Shown one piece after another: positions 24,615 to 33,907 of a stretch of DNA of 64,000 bases (the first letter of the stretch is position 1; each line of letters opens with the position of its first letter). The position numbers and the translations under genes were made by a program. Below the pieces are notes generated by a model. That model was given only the letters and a program-made list of their open reading frames with translations, had not been told where the DNA came from and made no database searches. Origin of the DNA: Cyanidioschyzon merolae (lineage: Eukaryota); assembly GCA_000091205.1 (NCBI GenBank), contig AP006500.2, one strand, 5' to 3'.

Positions 24615-27350
24615 CGTCTTACAAGATAAACGCTGCTGCGGCCAGAAGTGTACAGTAGTGGCGAGAAACGCGCCCTAGACAAGACCTCTCCAAGTGACGT
24701 GCAGACGCCTCCCAGACTTTTTGGACCGGCCACCAACTACTGATTCCATTTTTTTCTCATATTAGTCCACTTTGAGAGGTTCTCCCACAAAATTCTCTCG
24801 TGTTCAGCTCTGGAGGTCTCGTCTCCAACACCGCACATCTCCTTATATTGACAGCGGCATTAAAGTCTCTGTTCACGAATTCCATACGTTTCTTGCCATC
24901 ATTGGTTGTACTTACTAATGCAAGTATTCCTCGAACTTTCGCTCCCCTTTCCATTCGCTCTACCGTCAGCGCCCCGTACGTTTTCATATCCTCAGGGATC
25001 CGCTGGCACTTTTCCATCTCCACTCTCTGAAGTGTATATCCCAACTCATGGTGTTTATAGAATGTTCGAAACTTATCTTTTGGTATCGTAACGAAACGTC
25101 GTGCCCACTCCTTGTACGTTCTTGTCGTTGGGGCTGGGGTACACCCTTTTTGGGTCACCCAGCGCCCTGCTCCGTACGCTACTACCAGCCTGTGACTCTT
25201 GTCGTCCTCCAAGGCGCTCAACTCATTAAAGAACTTGGCGAATGCACGCTGCTTCCCACTGTATAGATTCATACGCAGACGAGCCCAGCGGGGCTTTGAA
25301 TATTCTTTCCACATCTCCTCGTCATGAGCAGCCTGGGTTTCCATGAATTCCCGAAAGGCTCGAAAAACCGCCCCGCGGTTTGTCACTTTGCTGAACTCCT
25401 CACGGATATCGAACTCCGGGCTGATTTCTTTCAATGGGCCATGAAGGACGCTGGAGTTGATAGTCACAAAATGTGACTTGACGTTGCATAACGGAACGAC
25501 ATTGAAGCGCTTCCCCATTAGGGCAGCCTTCCGTCTCTCCCACTCCTCATTTTCTTCCTCATCCCGCATCATCTCCGCCTTGCGTTTGAGTTCTCGGTCC
25601 AAAAACACGAAATACGGCAGGATGAGGCGAAAGTATCTTTCCTTATATTTTTTCAACTCTGATATCTTTTCTGCTGGATTAGCCAGCCCAAGTACAAGAC
25701 GATCCTCTTGAAAAAGCGCACGGATTACAGAAGCTTCACTCGTATTCTCGTTTGACACTTTCTTGTCGACAAATTCGATCTCATCTTCATGCTGGCCATT
25801 GTTTTTGATACCATTGATAATCGCCCATATTGCTTTGCGAGAGAAGACCGGGTACAGCGCAAACACGGCGCGTATCATGAAACGTTCGAGGTTCATCGTC
25901 GAATGGTTCTTCAGGTTCGTGATGTACTTCATCGCCCCGTATGTGCAAATACGCGAGTCACCCTTGTATCGAGTACCCTCGAGGCTGTAAAACGGACGTT
26001 TTTCGTGAAGAGCGTGAACCCGCTCATTTTCCCTGCGCGTTTCCCCTGTGCCAAACATCAGCTGGCGAGTAGAGGTCTTGTCGAAAAACTCGTCTGGAAT
26101 CTCGACTGTTTCCATGTGCGTCACGTTGCGATACATCTCCCTCGCCAAATGCATCAGTCCTGACGACGCCTTAACAATGCTCTTGGAGCACGAGTCGACA
26201 CGGTTGCGGATGGCGTCTCGCAACTTTTCCTTGTACGAATCCTTCACACGTTTAAGAAGACAGGCTTTCGCCACCATCTCGTCGTACTGTTGCCTTTCGT
26301 ACAGCTTGTTCGTCTTCTCTTGTACCTCTGGACTCTGTACTGATTGTCGTCTTTTTCTGGCAGCTGGCGACACTGCGCCTCCAGGATCCTCTACTTCCTT
26401 TTCTATACGTTTCCTTTTTGTATTTGTTTTTTTTTTCTTGAAAAAGAGCGCATTTTTGAACGCTTCTTCTACAAACCAGCAAAAATAACTTGACCCCAGT
26501 CTGTTGAGGGTTAAAACGCAATCGAACTGAAAACGATGCTTTGCTACGACTACAACGCAAACACATCTTTTTCGGTGGAGCAAAACTCTATATATCAGGA
26601 TCGCGTTTCCCTTCCACAGCGACATTTACGTCGTGCCTCGTGAGTGCCAGTTCTCGAGGTGCGCGTATCGACCGCGCCATGGATAAAAGAATAGAAACGA
26701 GTCATGAAGTAGCAGCTCGATAACAATTTCTTTCCCCTCTACGGTAGGCGTTAGATGGGGAAAGTTTCTAAGCTTTCGAAAGTTCACCTTAGAGGCGGAA
26801 AAGCGCGCGAGCGGGACGAATTTCCCAGTCTCATGCTTCATGCTCCCTCCAGTGCCCAGCGCTGTAGCGAGATATAAGCAGCTTGTCCGAAACGCAGTTT
26901 ATTCTTGGACTCTGAACGGGTAGCCTGCGTCTGGTCGTCGCGCTGGTCCCAGTGGACTCCTAGCGTATCGCTTCGCGCAGCCGCAGCCGGTAGGTCTGTC
27001 CGCGCCGTTTCCAGGTTCCCAGAATGATAACGAATCCCGACCCCGTATCAGATGAACCCTGCCTCGATCCGGCACCCTCTGTGGTATGGTAAAGCCTTTC
27101 TGTCTCCGTGCTGCATCCGTTCCAGCGGTAGAAGCGCCACGGCGAGTGCTCAAAGCAGGTAATCGGCGCATGATAGAACATTCGAAACGACCGGTGCACC
27201 CGAAAGAATACACCAGTAATGGAACTTGGAGGTAGTTGCCTTATGATGGACAATTACATGAATCCTAATACCCGTCCCGCAATCTGGTATCCCTTATCAA
27301 TGAAGACGTTTCTTCATCGAAAAAAGATCAGCGGTACTGCTTCGAGCAGC
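24615..27350 (-). mobile_element. Fanzor/TnpB-like element, copy A: RE, 622-aa ORF, ~380-bp conserved spacer and ~0.45-kb 5' module R2
   Basis: Conserved along its whole length with 57040-60300 in inverted orientation. The 3' non-coding block 24615-24757 matches 60095-60300 and 10885-11045. The spacer 26550-26930 and R2 26930-27350 match the reverse complement of 57040-57940. Confidence 0.6.
24757..26625 (-). CDS. Fanzor/TnpB-like (OrfB_IS605-type RuvC) protein, intact 622-aa ORF, copy A
   Basis: C-terminal RuvC-III signature ...KKRMEFVNRDFNAAVNIRRCAV... (RDxNAAxNI, about 24847-24885). N-terminal lysine-rich NLS-like tract FFKKKKTNTKRKRIEKE. Collinear with the frameshifted paralog at 57950-60095. 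Relative to that paralog it lacks, in frame, the ~130-aa segment carrying the RuvC-I-like strand. The true start is uncertain because the ORF extends ~75 nt past the conserved 5' boundary of the element. Confidence 0.7.
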   Translation of the reverse strand: MSLWKGNAILIYRVLLHRKRCVCVVVVAKHRFQFDCVLTLNRLGSSYFCWFVEEAFKNALFFKKKKTNTKRKRIEKEVEDPGGAVSPAARKRRQSVQSPEVQEKTNKLYERQQYDEMVAKACLLKRVKDSYKEKLRDAIRNRVDSCSKSIVKASSGLMHLAREMYRNVTHMETVEIPDEFFDKTSTRQLMFGTGETRRENERVHALHEKRPFYSLEGTRYKGDSRICTYGAMKYITNLKNHSTMNLERFMIRAVFALYPVFSRKAIWAIINGIKNNGQHEDEIEFVDKKVSNENTSEASVIRALFQEDRLVLGLANPAEKISELKKYKERYFRLILPYFVFLDRELKRKAEMMRDEEENEEWERRKAALMGKRFNVVPLCNVKSHFVTINSSVLHGPLKEISPEFDIREEFSKVTNRGAVFRAFREFMETQAAHDEEMWKEYSKPRWARLRMNLYSGKQRAFAKFFNELSALEDDKSHRLVVAYGAGRWVTQKGCTPAPTTRTYKEWARRFVTIPKDKFRTFYKHHELGYTLQRVEMEKCQRIPEDMKTYGALTVERMERGAKVRGILALVSTTNDGKKRMEFVNRDFNAAVNIRRCAVLETRPPELNTREFCGRTSQSGLI

Positions 27351-29348
27351 AGTGCACGGCGGCGGCGCCGCCGAATGCCTGCGATGCACTCGGATATCTT
27401 GCTCAGGACGATAGCCTGGCCTCAAGACAGAACAGGAAAACAGTGCACTAGACAGTGCTGTTTTGTTTTGTGCTGTGTTTTGGACGAGCCCCTCAGGGAA
27501 CAGCGAGGGAGTTGCCCGCACGCCATGGGTAGTCCGCAGCTGGGGCACGCCTGCGCACCACACCAGGGCCTTCATAAGGGAACTCGGCAGCGAACCACGG
27601 AAAAGAGGCACATTGCTCCTGCCCAATTAGGACAGTTTGACACTGAGAGCGAGGTCGCTTTCTCGGGATATGGTAATGCTGCAGTGGTCAACCGTGGAAC
27701 CCACCCGCGAAGTTTTTCAGCGCGTACCAGCTTCGTCTGGTTTACTGAGCCCTGTGCTTTGACCAAAGTGCACGGCAAACACCCGTGCATAGGCATCCAG
27801 GAGAGTTCCTTCAGCGCTCCTGTTCTCTATCCGATCCATGGAGCTTCACGGATTCTTGTTCAGAGGCATTCCCCGCATCCGGTAAAGCGTGCGCTCCCGC
27901 GCTCGCGCTCTCGCTCCTGGAAAGCCTCGCTGTTCGAGCGTTTCTTCGGCCGGAAACGGTCATCGCGCCAAACTTGGCCCCACTTGATCAAAGAACAAGC
28001 ACCAACGGGGACAGTACCAGCTTCAGGTGCCTCATTCGCACAGAATGGAGCGGACACCACAGTTATTCCGCGAGCACGCGCTCGACATTCCCGTCACGAA
28101 CCGACAAGGGTAGCGTCGCCGACTCCCAGTAGTCGTGACATCACAGATGTTGACCGAAGCAACGCGGAAACTTGCATCGCGATACGCCATGTACACAAGG
28201 TTTTTCCCGACTCACATGCACCAGGAGGACAATTTTACGCCCTTTGTGATATTTTGCTCGATATCGAGGACGGCTCGCTAGTGGCTTTGGTTGGCCCCAG
28301 CGGTAGCGGCAAGTCGACACTGCTTCGTTGTATTGCGGGGCTTGAGAATCCGACCTCGGGGCGTATCTTCCTCCATGGGCGAGATACCGAGGAGATGAGT
28401 GTTCAGGAACGACGGATTGGCTTTGTATTCCAGCATTATGCATTGTGGAAGCACATGACCGTGTGGAAGAACATTGCATTTGGATTGGAGATTCGCAAGA
28501 CGCCTCGCTCAGAAATAGAACGGCGCGTCTTGGAGCTTCTGAAGCTCATGGGTCTTGAGGGACTCGGTGACCGCTACCCACATCAACTGAGCGGCGGACA
28601 GCGCCAACGGGTTGCGCTGGCTCGAGCCCTAGCTCCCGAACCGCGCGTCCTCCTCCTCGATGAGCCGTTTGGTGCGTTGGATACGCGAGTGCGGCGGAGT
28701 CTGCGTGCATGGCTTCGGCGCTTGCACGATGAGGTCGGCACAACGACGATCTTCGTGACGCATGATCAACAGGAGGCTTTAGAGATAGCCAGCTCCGTGG
28801 TGGTCATGAACAAGGGCCAGATCGAGCAGGTCGGCACACCGCTTGAGATCTATGAGCATCCAGCGTCGCCGTTTGTCATGAGCTTCATGGGCGATGTGAG
28901 CGTCGTGAGTCGTGATGCGCTCCCCGCAGAGCAGGCAAACGGGCGCACCTTCACGAATGCTACTCGAGCGCGCTCCGTGGAGACATCCAAAAAAGACTCC
29001 ATTTGGTCGGACCCCGAGCGTCCGCCGACAATACCGCGCGAGTCTGAGACAACGACCAATGTCCGTAAGAGCGATAACGCCGCCCAGTACTTGATGCTGC
29101 GTCCTCATGACGTTCACTTGCATCGCAGCCCCGATAGCACCACGGCTCCGGCTCGTGTTGTCGACGTGTTTTTCTTAGGTTGGAGTGTGCGTGTTGATGT
29201 CGAGCTCCAAGACGGCCAAATTCTTCAATCCATCATGCTCACAACGCGCTACAAAGAGCTGGGCGATTTGTATCCCGGCGACCTCGTGCATGTTAAGTTC
29301 TTCGGGGAACGCTCCTTCGAGGTGGACGAGGCCGAGTATAACATCTGA
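27219..29348 (+). CDS. CysA-type sulfate/thiosulfate ABC transporter ATP-binding protein with long N-terminal extension
   Basis: C-terminal ~400 aa: Walker [11 protein letters not shown]-loop, signature [15 protein letters not shown], Walker [13 protein letters not shown]-loop FVTHDQQEA, CysA/ModC-like C-terminal regulatory domain (...[13 protein letters not shown]...). The first ~330 aa are low-complexity. The first ~40 aa are encoded inside repeat R2, so the N-terminus may be over-extended. Confidence 0.75.
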   Translation: MELGGSCLMMDNYMNPNTRPAIWYPLSMKTFLHRKKISGTASSSSARRRRRRMPAMHSDILLRTIAWPQDRTGKQCTRQCCFVLCCVLDEPLREQRGSCPHAMGSPQLGHACAPHQGLHKGTRQRTTEKRHIAPAQLGQFDTESEVAFSGYGNAAVVNRGTHPRSFSARTSFVWFTEPCALTKVHGKHPCIGIQESSFSAPVLYPIHGASRILVQRHSPHPVKRALPRSRSRSWKASLFERFFGRKRSSRQTWPHLIKEQAPTGTVPASGASFAQNGADTTVIPRARARHSRHEPTRVASPTPSSRDITDVDRSNAETCIAIRHVHKVFPDSHAPGGQFYALCDILLDIEDGSLVALVGPSGSGKSTLLRCIAGLENPTSGRIFLHGRDTEEMSVQERRIGFVFQHYALWKHMTVWKNIAFGLEIRKTPRSEIERRVLELLKLMGLEGLGDRYPHQLSGGQRQRVALARALAPEPRVLLLDEPFGALDTRVRRSLRAWLRRLHDEVGTTTIFVTHDQQEALEIASSVVVMNKGQIEQVGTPLEIYEHPASPFVMSFMGDVSVVSRDALPAEQANGRTFTNATRARSVETSKKDSIWSDPERPPTIPRESETTTNVRKSDNAAQYLMLRPHDVHLHRSPDSTTAPARVVDVFFLGWSVRVDVELQDGQILQSIMLTTRYKELGDLYPGDLVHVKFFGERSFEVDEAEYNI

Positions 29349-30873
29349 AAGATAGACCAGGGACTCCACCACTGCGCAAAACTTTTCCGTACCAAAATTT
29401 CGGGGCATAGGCGAGACGGTCTGAGATGCACTCTTCTGCGCGCCCAGGGTAGAGCGTCGCGAAGCTACTGCCTCGCCAGCGCTTGTACGTTATTCGGACC
29501 CAGGGCGACGAGCATTCTGATGCAGGGGCGGTGTTCTCCCCGAAATCATGTTGCTCGGCGGCGGCAAGGTATCATGTTCTTGAGCATCTTCCTCAGCTCG
29601 TCGGATTTGGATCGGATAGCGTTCTTTCACATCGCCTGCTCGGCATTCTGTTTGCGGATGCAAATAAGCTTCCGCCCCAGCGTCTACCGCCCGATTCGAG
29701 GCGTGCGCATTCGATACGTGCAGGCAAACGTCGCTTCGCGGCGCTCGCACAGGCGACGACGACAGCAGAGGCCTCGTATGACCTAAAGTGTTGGTTACCG
29801 CTCGCAAAGATTCCTTGATACAGCGCGCGAGACGAAAGTTACGTCCGGTTCGGCGAAACATGATCGAGGAACTTGCTGCAAAGTCAGCACTAGCACCTGA
29901 AATACGTCAGCAACATGTCAAGAAAGAATCCATCAAGCAGCAACGCTGACCTCAACAAGGAACGCCGCATGCCGCACGTCTCAACCCAGGCGACTTTTAG
30001 CATCCGTCGACTTGCGAACGGCTTGCTTGGAGAACGTGACCCCAGCAGTTCACCAGTGAGCAGCAGTCGAGCGCTGCACTCGGGAGTAGGTTCGCTATCA
30101 GCAGCGGAGACAGGCAAACACTTCGTCGAGGGCAATTTGGCGTGCTCGCCCCGTTAAAGGTCCAACGCGTTTCGTCAAGGGCCAGCAAACAACGATTTCT
30201 CGGTCGCAACAGACTATAGACTCGAGGCTGCGGGGCGCCCTGACCCCTGCACCGCTGCTGGGACGGCACGCGGCAGGTACCCGTGAACCCGCACCGTCCG
30301 TCGCGACTCCAGCCAAGCGTCGCTCGAGTGGCCCCTGTTTCACCAAGGGCTTTGCGCTGTGTGGTTACGGGCCGGTATATCGTGAATCGCGGGTGTCTAG
30401 ATGACGCAAGCAGCACGTCTGCAGCAATGATGCTGCGCCTCTTGGCATCGTTGCCAATCCGGTCCATAACACCTCACGAAGCGTCCGCGTTCGACTCGCG
30501 AACCGTGTTCTTGGGAGCTTGCAGCGTCCATGATGACACATAAACCCTTACCGAACCATCTTATGGAGGAACTGGGTCTACGTCCTAAACGCTCAACGCT
30601 CTTTCCTATTCAAAACCAGTACGCAAAGAAACACACCTGCCCGTTCAGGGGAACCTCGCTCGCACGGCAGTCAGAGCCGCAAGCGCTGCATCCGTTCGGG
30701 CTGCGGCGGCGTTCTTGAATCGTTGGGGTCTACGGTGAGCCGTTTGACAGCGCATAAACGCAACCCCGCTTCGACTCTTTTGTGCGCACCTTTTGTCGAG
30801 ACGCTCCGTGGAGACGACTTTCACAACTTGAGGCACTTGGAGACTTTTCCTGCATCGCTGAGCGCGCATCGTC

Positions 30874-32997
30874 TTGAGTCACCGAGTCCAGCAGGACGCG
30901 CTGGTCCCAGCACTGCAGCACGGACACTTGGACGTTGACGCTATGCCGCTGACTGACCCCGGTACGAATGGACTGCACCTCATTAGCGCGTTGCGGGTTG
31001 CACCCGTGCCTGTTTGGCTCCAGCTGTGTGTGCTGTCATTTGCAGCGTACCACACGCTGGTGTTGCTCGGGATGTTGCTGACGGGGCGCGGCTGCTCGAC
31101 CTTACGGTACCGACGGGTGTTTCAGTTTTGGATCGTTTACGGCTTCAGTAAGTTGTGCACCGGAGCAATTCGTGAGCTCTTTCGAATCTTGTGGCTCGTG
31201 ACGACCTGGGGCTCGAACACCGCTCACTTGTCGGGAAGTGACCTGCTCGTTCGTCGCCTGGTCCGAGCGCATTCCTGGCTCGAAGCGCTTATTCTGATGT
31301 TTCTCGTTTTCCCGCTGCACCGCGGGTTAGCAGATACATTGGCACCTTTGCTCTTTTTTGGCGGCACTTACCAAGTTGAACCCGCGCGTCGAGCGAACAG
31401 TGGAGCGGAAACACGCGCATCGCCGCTTTCCGCGCATACGTCCGCAACGAACAGCCCCGGTGCACGGTCGCATAGCGTTGGCAACGTTGAAGGAACCTCC
31501 TTTCGAAATCGAAGCTGGTTTCCGCGTGCAAGTCGCCTTCGTCACCGATCGGGGTACTGGGCGTCAGCCGCATCGCCGCTCTTCGAGTGCGCGGCCTTGG
31601 TGTACCAAAACTTGTTACTACCAAACCTGGAAACCTGGGAACCAGAAATAGACCTTTTTCTAGGGCGTGTGCAGGCACAGCTACGCCAGTCACGGCTTGC
31701 GTTCAAAGAGTTGCTCTGTTTCGCTTTGGCGTGGATGCTCGCCCGTAGCGGCAACGCAGCAGAGGCCGCCATGCTCGGGAACGCTGCCCTGCACGGAGCC
31801 CAGATCGGCCTTGCGGAGCGGCTAGCGCGCGTTCGCCGTGTCGCTGCTGCGTGGCTCGAACGGGATCACCATCTCGAGGCGCTGTATCGAGGTGAATATC
31901 GAGATCGACGCGGACACGTGTACGCACGGCATGCCGTTGAAGGGATGCATGTCACCGGTGCCGCTGCTGCTGCTGCTGCTGCTGATGGTACTGATGCTGC
32001 TGCTGTGCGTGAGCGGTGCACGCATGCTGATACGCGGGAAGTGCACGGAGGCGATGCCCGCTCGAGGCAGCGCTTGTCGTCTGCTGAGCGCGCTACACGG
32101 GTTCATGCTGGGGACTCCGAGGCGAATGTCCGTGATGGAGCCATATATCGGGGAACTTCGAAGCAATGGACACCTGGTTCACCGGCTGGAGCGTCTGGTC
32201 GCGTTGTTGAGCGTTTCGAACTTGGCAAGGAGCCCGACAGCGATCATGTGTTGGACACTGAGCCAGAGCACGCACAGTCAAGTGCAGTTGTTGACGCACG
32301 TTCCAGAGCGGTGCATGTTATGTCTGTGACGGAATTAGAATCCATGAAAGAAGCTCGGTTTCCTCGTTTGCTTGCACCGAAAATGGAACCAGAGCGATTT
32401 CCATATGCGTGGTGCTCCGCAGACGAAGCAGCCATCAGGCAAATGTACGCAGCGGATGAGATCGTGCGCATGCCGCGCTCGTGCCGATACGGAGCCGCTC
32501 TGGGGCCGTCATCATCGGTACTGCTGCCGTCGCAGGCACCACGGTCGGCGGTGGGGGTTCAGCGCTCGCGTGCGAGCGGCTGGTGGCAGACCCTCGTCAC
32601 CGCATTCCATGCGGGTGTCCGCAACTCCACAACGCACACGAATCGTGATGATGATGATGATGGTGATGACGGTGCTTGTGCATTCGCGGGTCAGGTGGAT
32701 GACGGGACGCAGTGTCCACCACCGGCCTCGAAAGCGGGTGAAGCGGGCGCGCCGGCATTACGAGGTCTTTCTGAGACTGATTTTGGCCAAATCAGCTCAG
32801 AAGGAGCTCATCCAAATGCAGCGCTCCATGGCTCCATGCTTCTACACAGACCAGGGGCGTACAAAGCGACTTTCCTCAATGAGTCCAGATCCTGTTATCT
32901 GCAATCTCGGACGCGAACGTATGAACGCATCCGAGCGCTGCGGAGACAGCTGCAAATGCAGCGTCAGCAGCGAACAGCTGATGCCATCAGCACCTAG
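30874..32997 (+). CDS. Hypothetical protein with N-terminal hydrophobic segments and (GCT)n/(GAT)n-encoded low-complexity tracts
   Basis: Long 707-aa ORF with several predicted TM-like stretches (…VPVWLQLCVLSFAAYHTLVLLGMLL…, …LILMFLVFPL…). I recognise no family; it could be partly spurious. Confidence 0.3.
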   Translation: MSHRVQQDALVPALQHGHLDVDAMPLTDPGTNGLHLISALRVAPVPVWLQLCVLSFAAYHTLVLLGMLLTGRGCSTLRYRRVFQFWIVYGFSKLCTGAIRELFRILWLVTTWGSNTAHLSGSDLLVRRLVRAHSWLEALILMFLVFPLHRGLADTLAPLLFFGGTYQVEPARRANSGAETRASPLSAHTSATNSPGARSHSVGNVEGTSFRNRSWFPRASRLRHRSGYWASAASPLFECAALVYQNLLLPNLETWEPEIDLFLGRVQAQLRQSRLAFKELLCFALAWMLARSGNAAEAAMLGNAALHGAQIGLAERLARVRRVAAAWLERDHHLEALYRGEYRDRRGHVYARHAVEGMHVTGAAAAAAAADGTDAAAVRERCTHADTREVHGGDARSRQRLSSAERATRVHAGDSEANVRDGAIYRGTSKQWTPGSPAGASGRVVERFELGKEPDSDHVLDTEPEHAQSSAVVDARSRAVHVMSVTELESMKEARFPRLLAPKMEPERFPYAWCSADEAAIRQMYAADEIVRMPRSCRYGAALGPSSSVLLPSQAPRSAVGVQRSRASGWWQTLVTAFHAGVRNSTTHTNRDDDDDGDDGACAFAGQVDDGTQCPPPASKAGEAGAPALRGLSETDFGQISSEGAHPNAALHGSMLLHRPGAYKATFLNESRSCYLQSRTRTYERIRALRRQLQMQRQQRTADAIST
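31961..32005. repeat. (GCT)n microsatellite inside ORF 30874-32997 (poly-Ala/Leu coding)
   Basis: ccgctgctgctgctgctgctgctgatggtactgatgctgctgctg; a (GAT)n run follows at 32645-32674. Confidence 0.85.
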
Positions 32998-33907
32998 AGC
33001 GTTCGACATCGCTATGTGCGTTGAGATACTTGACCTGGGACTCGCACACATGGGCACGCGTGAGCGACTCCGCGTGTCCCATAGAGATATGTATCCAAGC
33101 CGCCTCGATCCTCGAGAGGATCATCTGGTTTGCGACTCGTGTTCCTTGCCGTTCCCTTTGAGTATATACCCGCTATTCACATGTTATGCTTCGTATGCTG
33201 CGCTACAATGTTTCCCCTTTGGGTGTTCGTGGCTGCATCGATTTTCGCCATAGCGCGCCAGGGCGCAGGTGGGCGCGCGGGCTCGTTCGGAACGTCAACG
33301 AGATGCGTTTCCCAGCTTCGCGTCGCCGACAGCAGCAGTGTCCGAGCGAACGGCGCAGCTGTTACAGCATTAGCTTTGGCGTCAGTTGCTCGCTCAAGTT
33401 CATGTTTTTGAATCACTGAGTCCCCGTATGGGAGCGCCACGGGCGGCTGTCCGCATCCTGAGGACTTGCACGAGGCAACGTGCCTGCCGAGCGTCACCGA
33501 GTCTGCGTCCGTCTGGAGCATACCTAGGGCATCTGTATCCCAGAGATGGGCGTATCTCGTCGGGACCGTCAGCCGCCGGTGGTATCCGAACGATCCACTG
33601 GATGGCAACGCGAGGAGTGCGTCTCGACGACACGCAACGCTTGACGGTAGCTGCACTGCCGCACTCGGTCTCTTTCGTTGTGTGCAGCGCCCCGATTCTA
33701 CTCGGCATTGAGAACATACGCTAATCTAACGATGGCATTAGCTGGCAATGGTCATACCAAACGATGCACCCGTGCGCGGTTTCGTAGAAGCGGCCGCAAG
33801 CGAGCGATTACCGTGATGCGCTCCCGGTTCACATCGAGCGTCACATGCCTGGTAATGCGCCTGGTACCGATGATGCGTATCCGAATCGTTTCAGCGTCGG
33901 GGTCTAG

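Noticed and set aside
26930-27350. Idea that R2 is simply a shared promoter placed upstream of same-orientation genes (CysA, GPD, KRR1)
   Set aside because: The degenerate R2 at ~11760-12100 points into the 3' end of the convergent DCAF7 gene. In both full copies R2 is collinear with the spacer and Fanzor gene. R2 is therefore best read as the element's 5' (left-end) module. Promoter donation remains only a hypothesis, kept as a finding.
24615-27350. Possibility that the two full Fanzor units are a recent segmental duplication rather than transposon copies
   Set aside because: The proteins are only ~60% identical over alignable regions and differ by a 130-aa indel. Additional fragments and derivatives exist at three other loci. 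These are old dispersed paralogs, not a recent duplication.
26560-27350. Searched the 0.9-kb 5' module for a second transposase (IS605 Y1/HUH TnpA or IS607 serine recombinase)
   Set aside because: Only short conserved peptides are shared between copies (…LSFWE.G..A.R.T.CG.A.RY…PARRPDA.Y…). There is no HUH/HxH-Tyr or serine-recombinase motif, so the element appears to be tnpB-only.
27219-28200. N-terminal ~330 aa of the 709-aa CysA-like ORF as genuine coding sequence
   Set aside because: It was not fully rejected, but it is low-complexity and its first ~40 codons lie within repeat R2. The real start may be internal. The coordinates of the full ORF were reported with this caveat.
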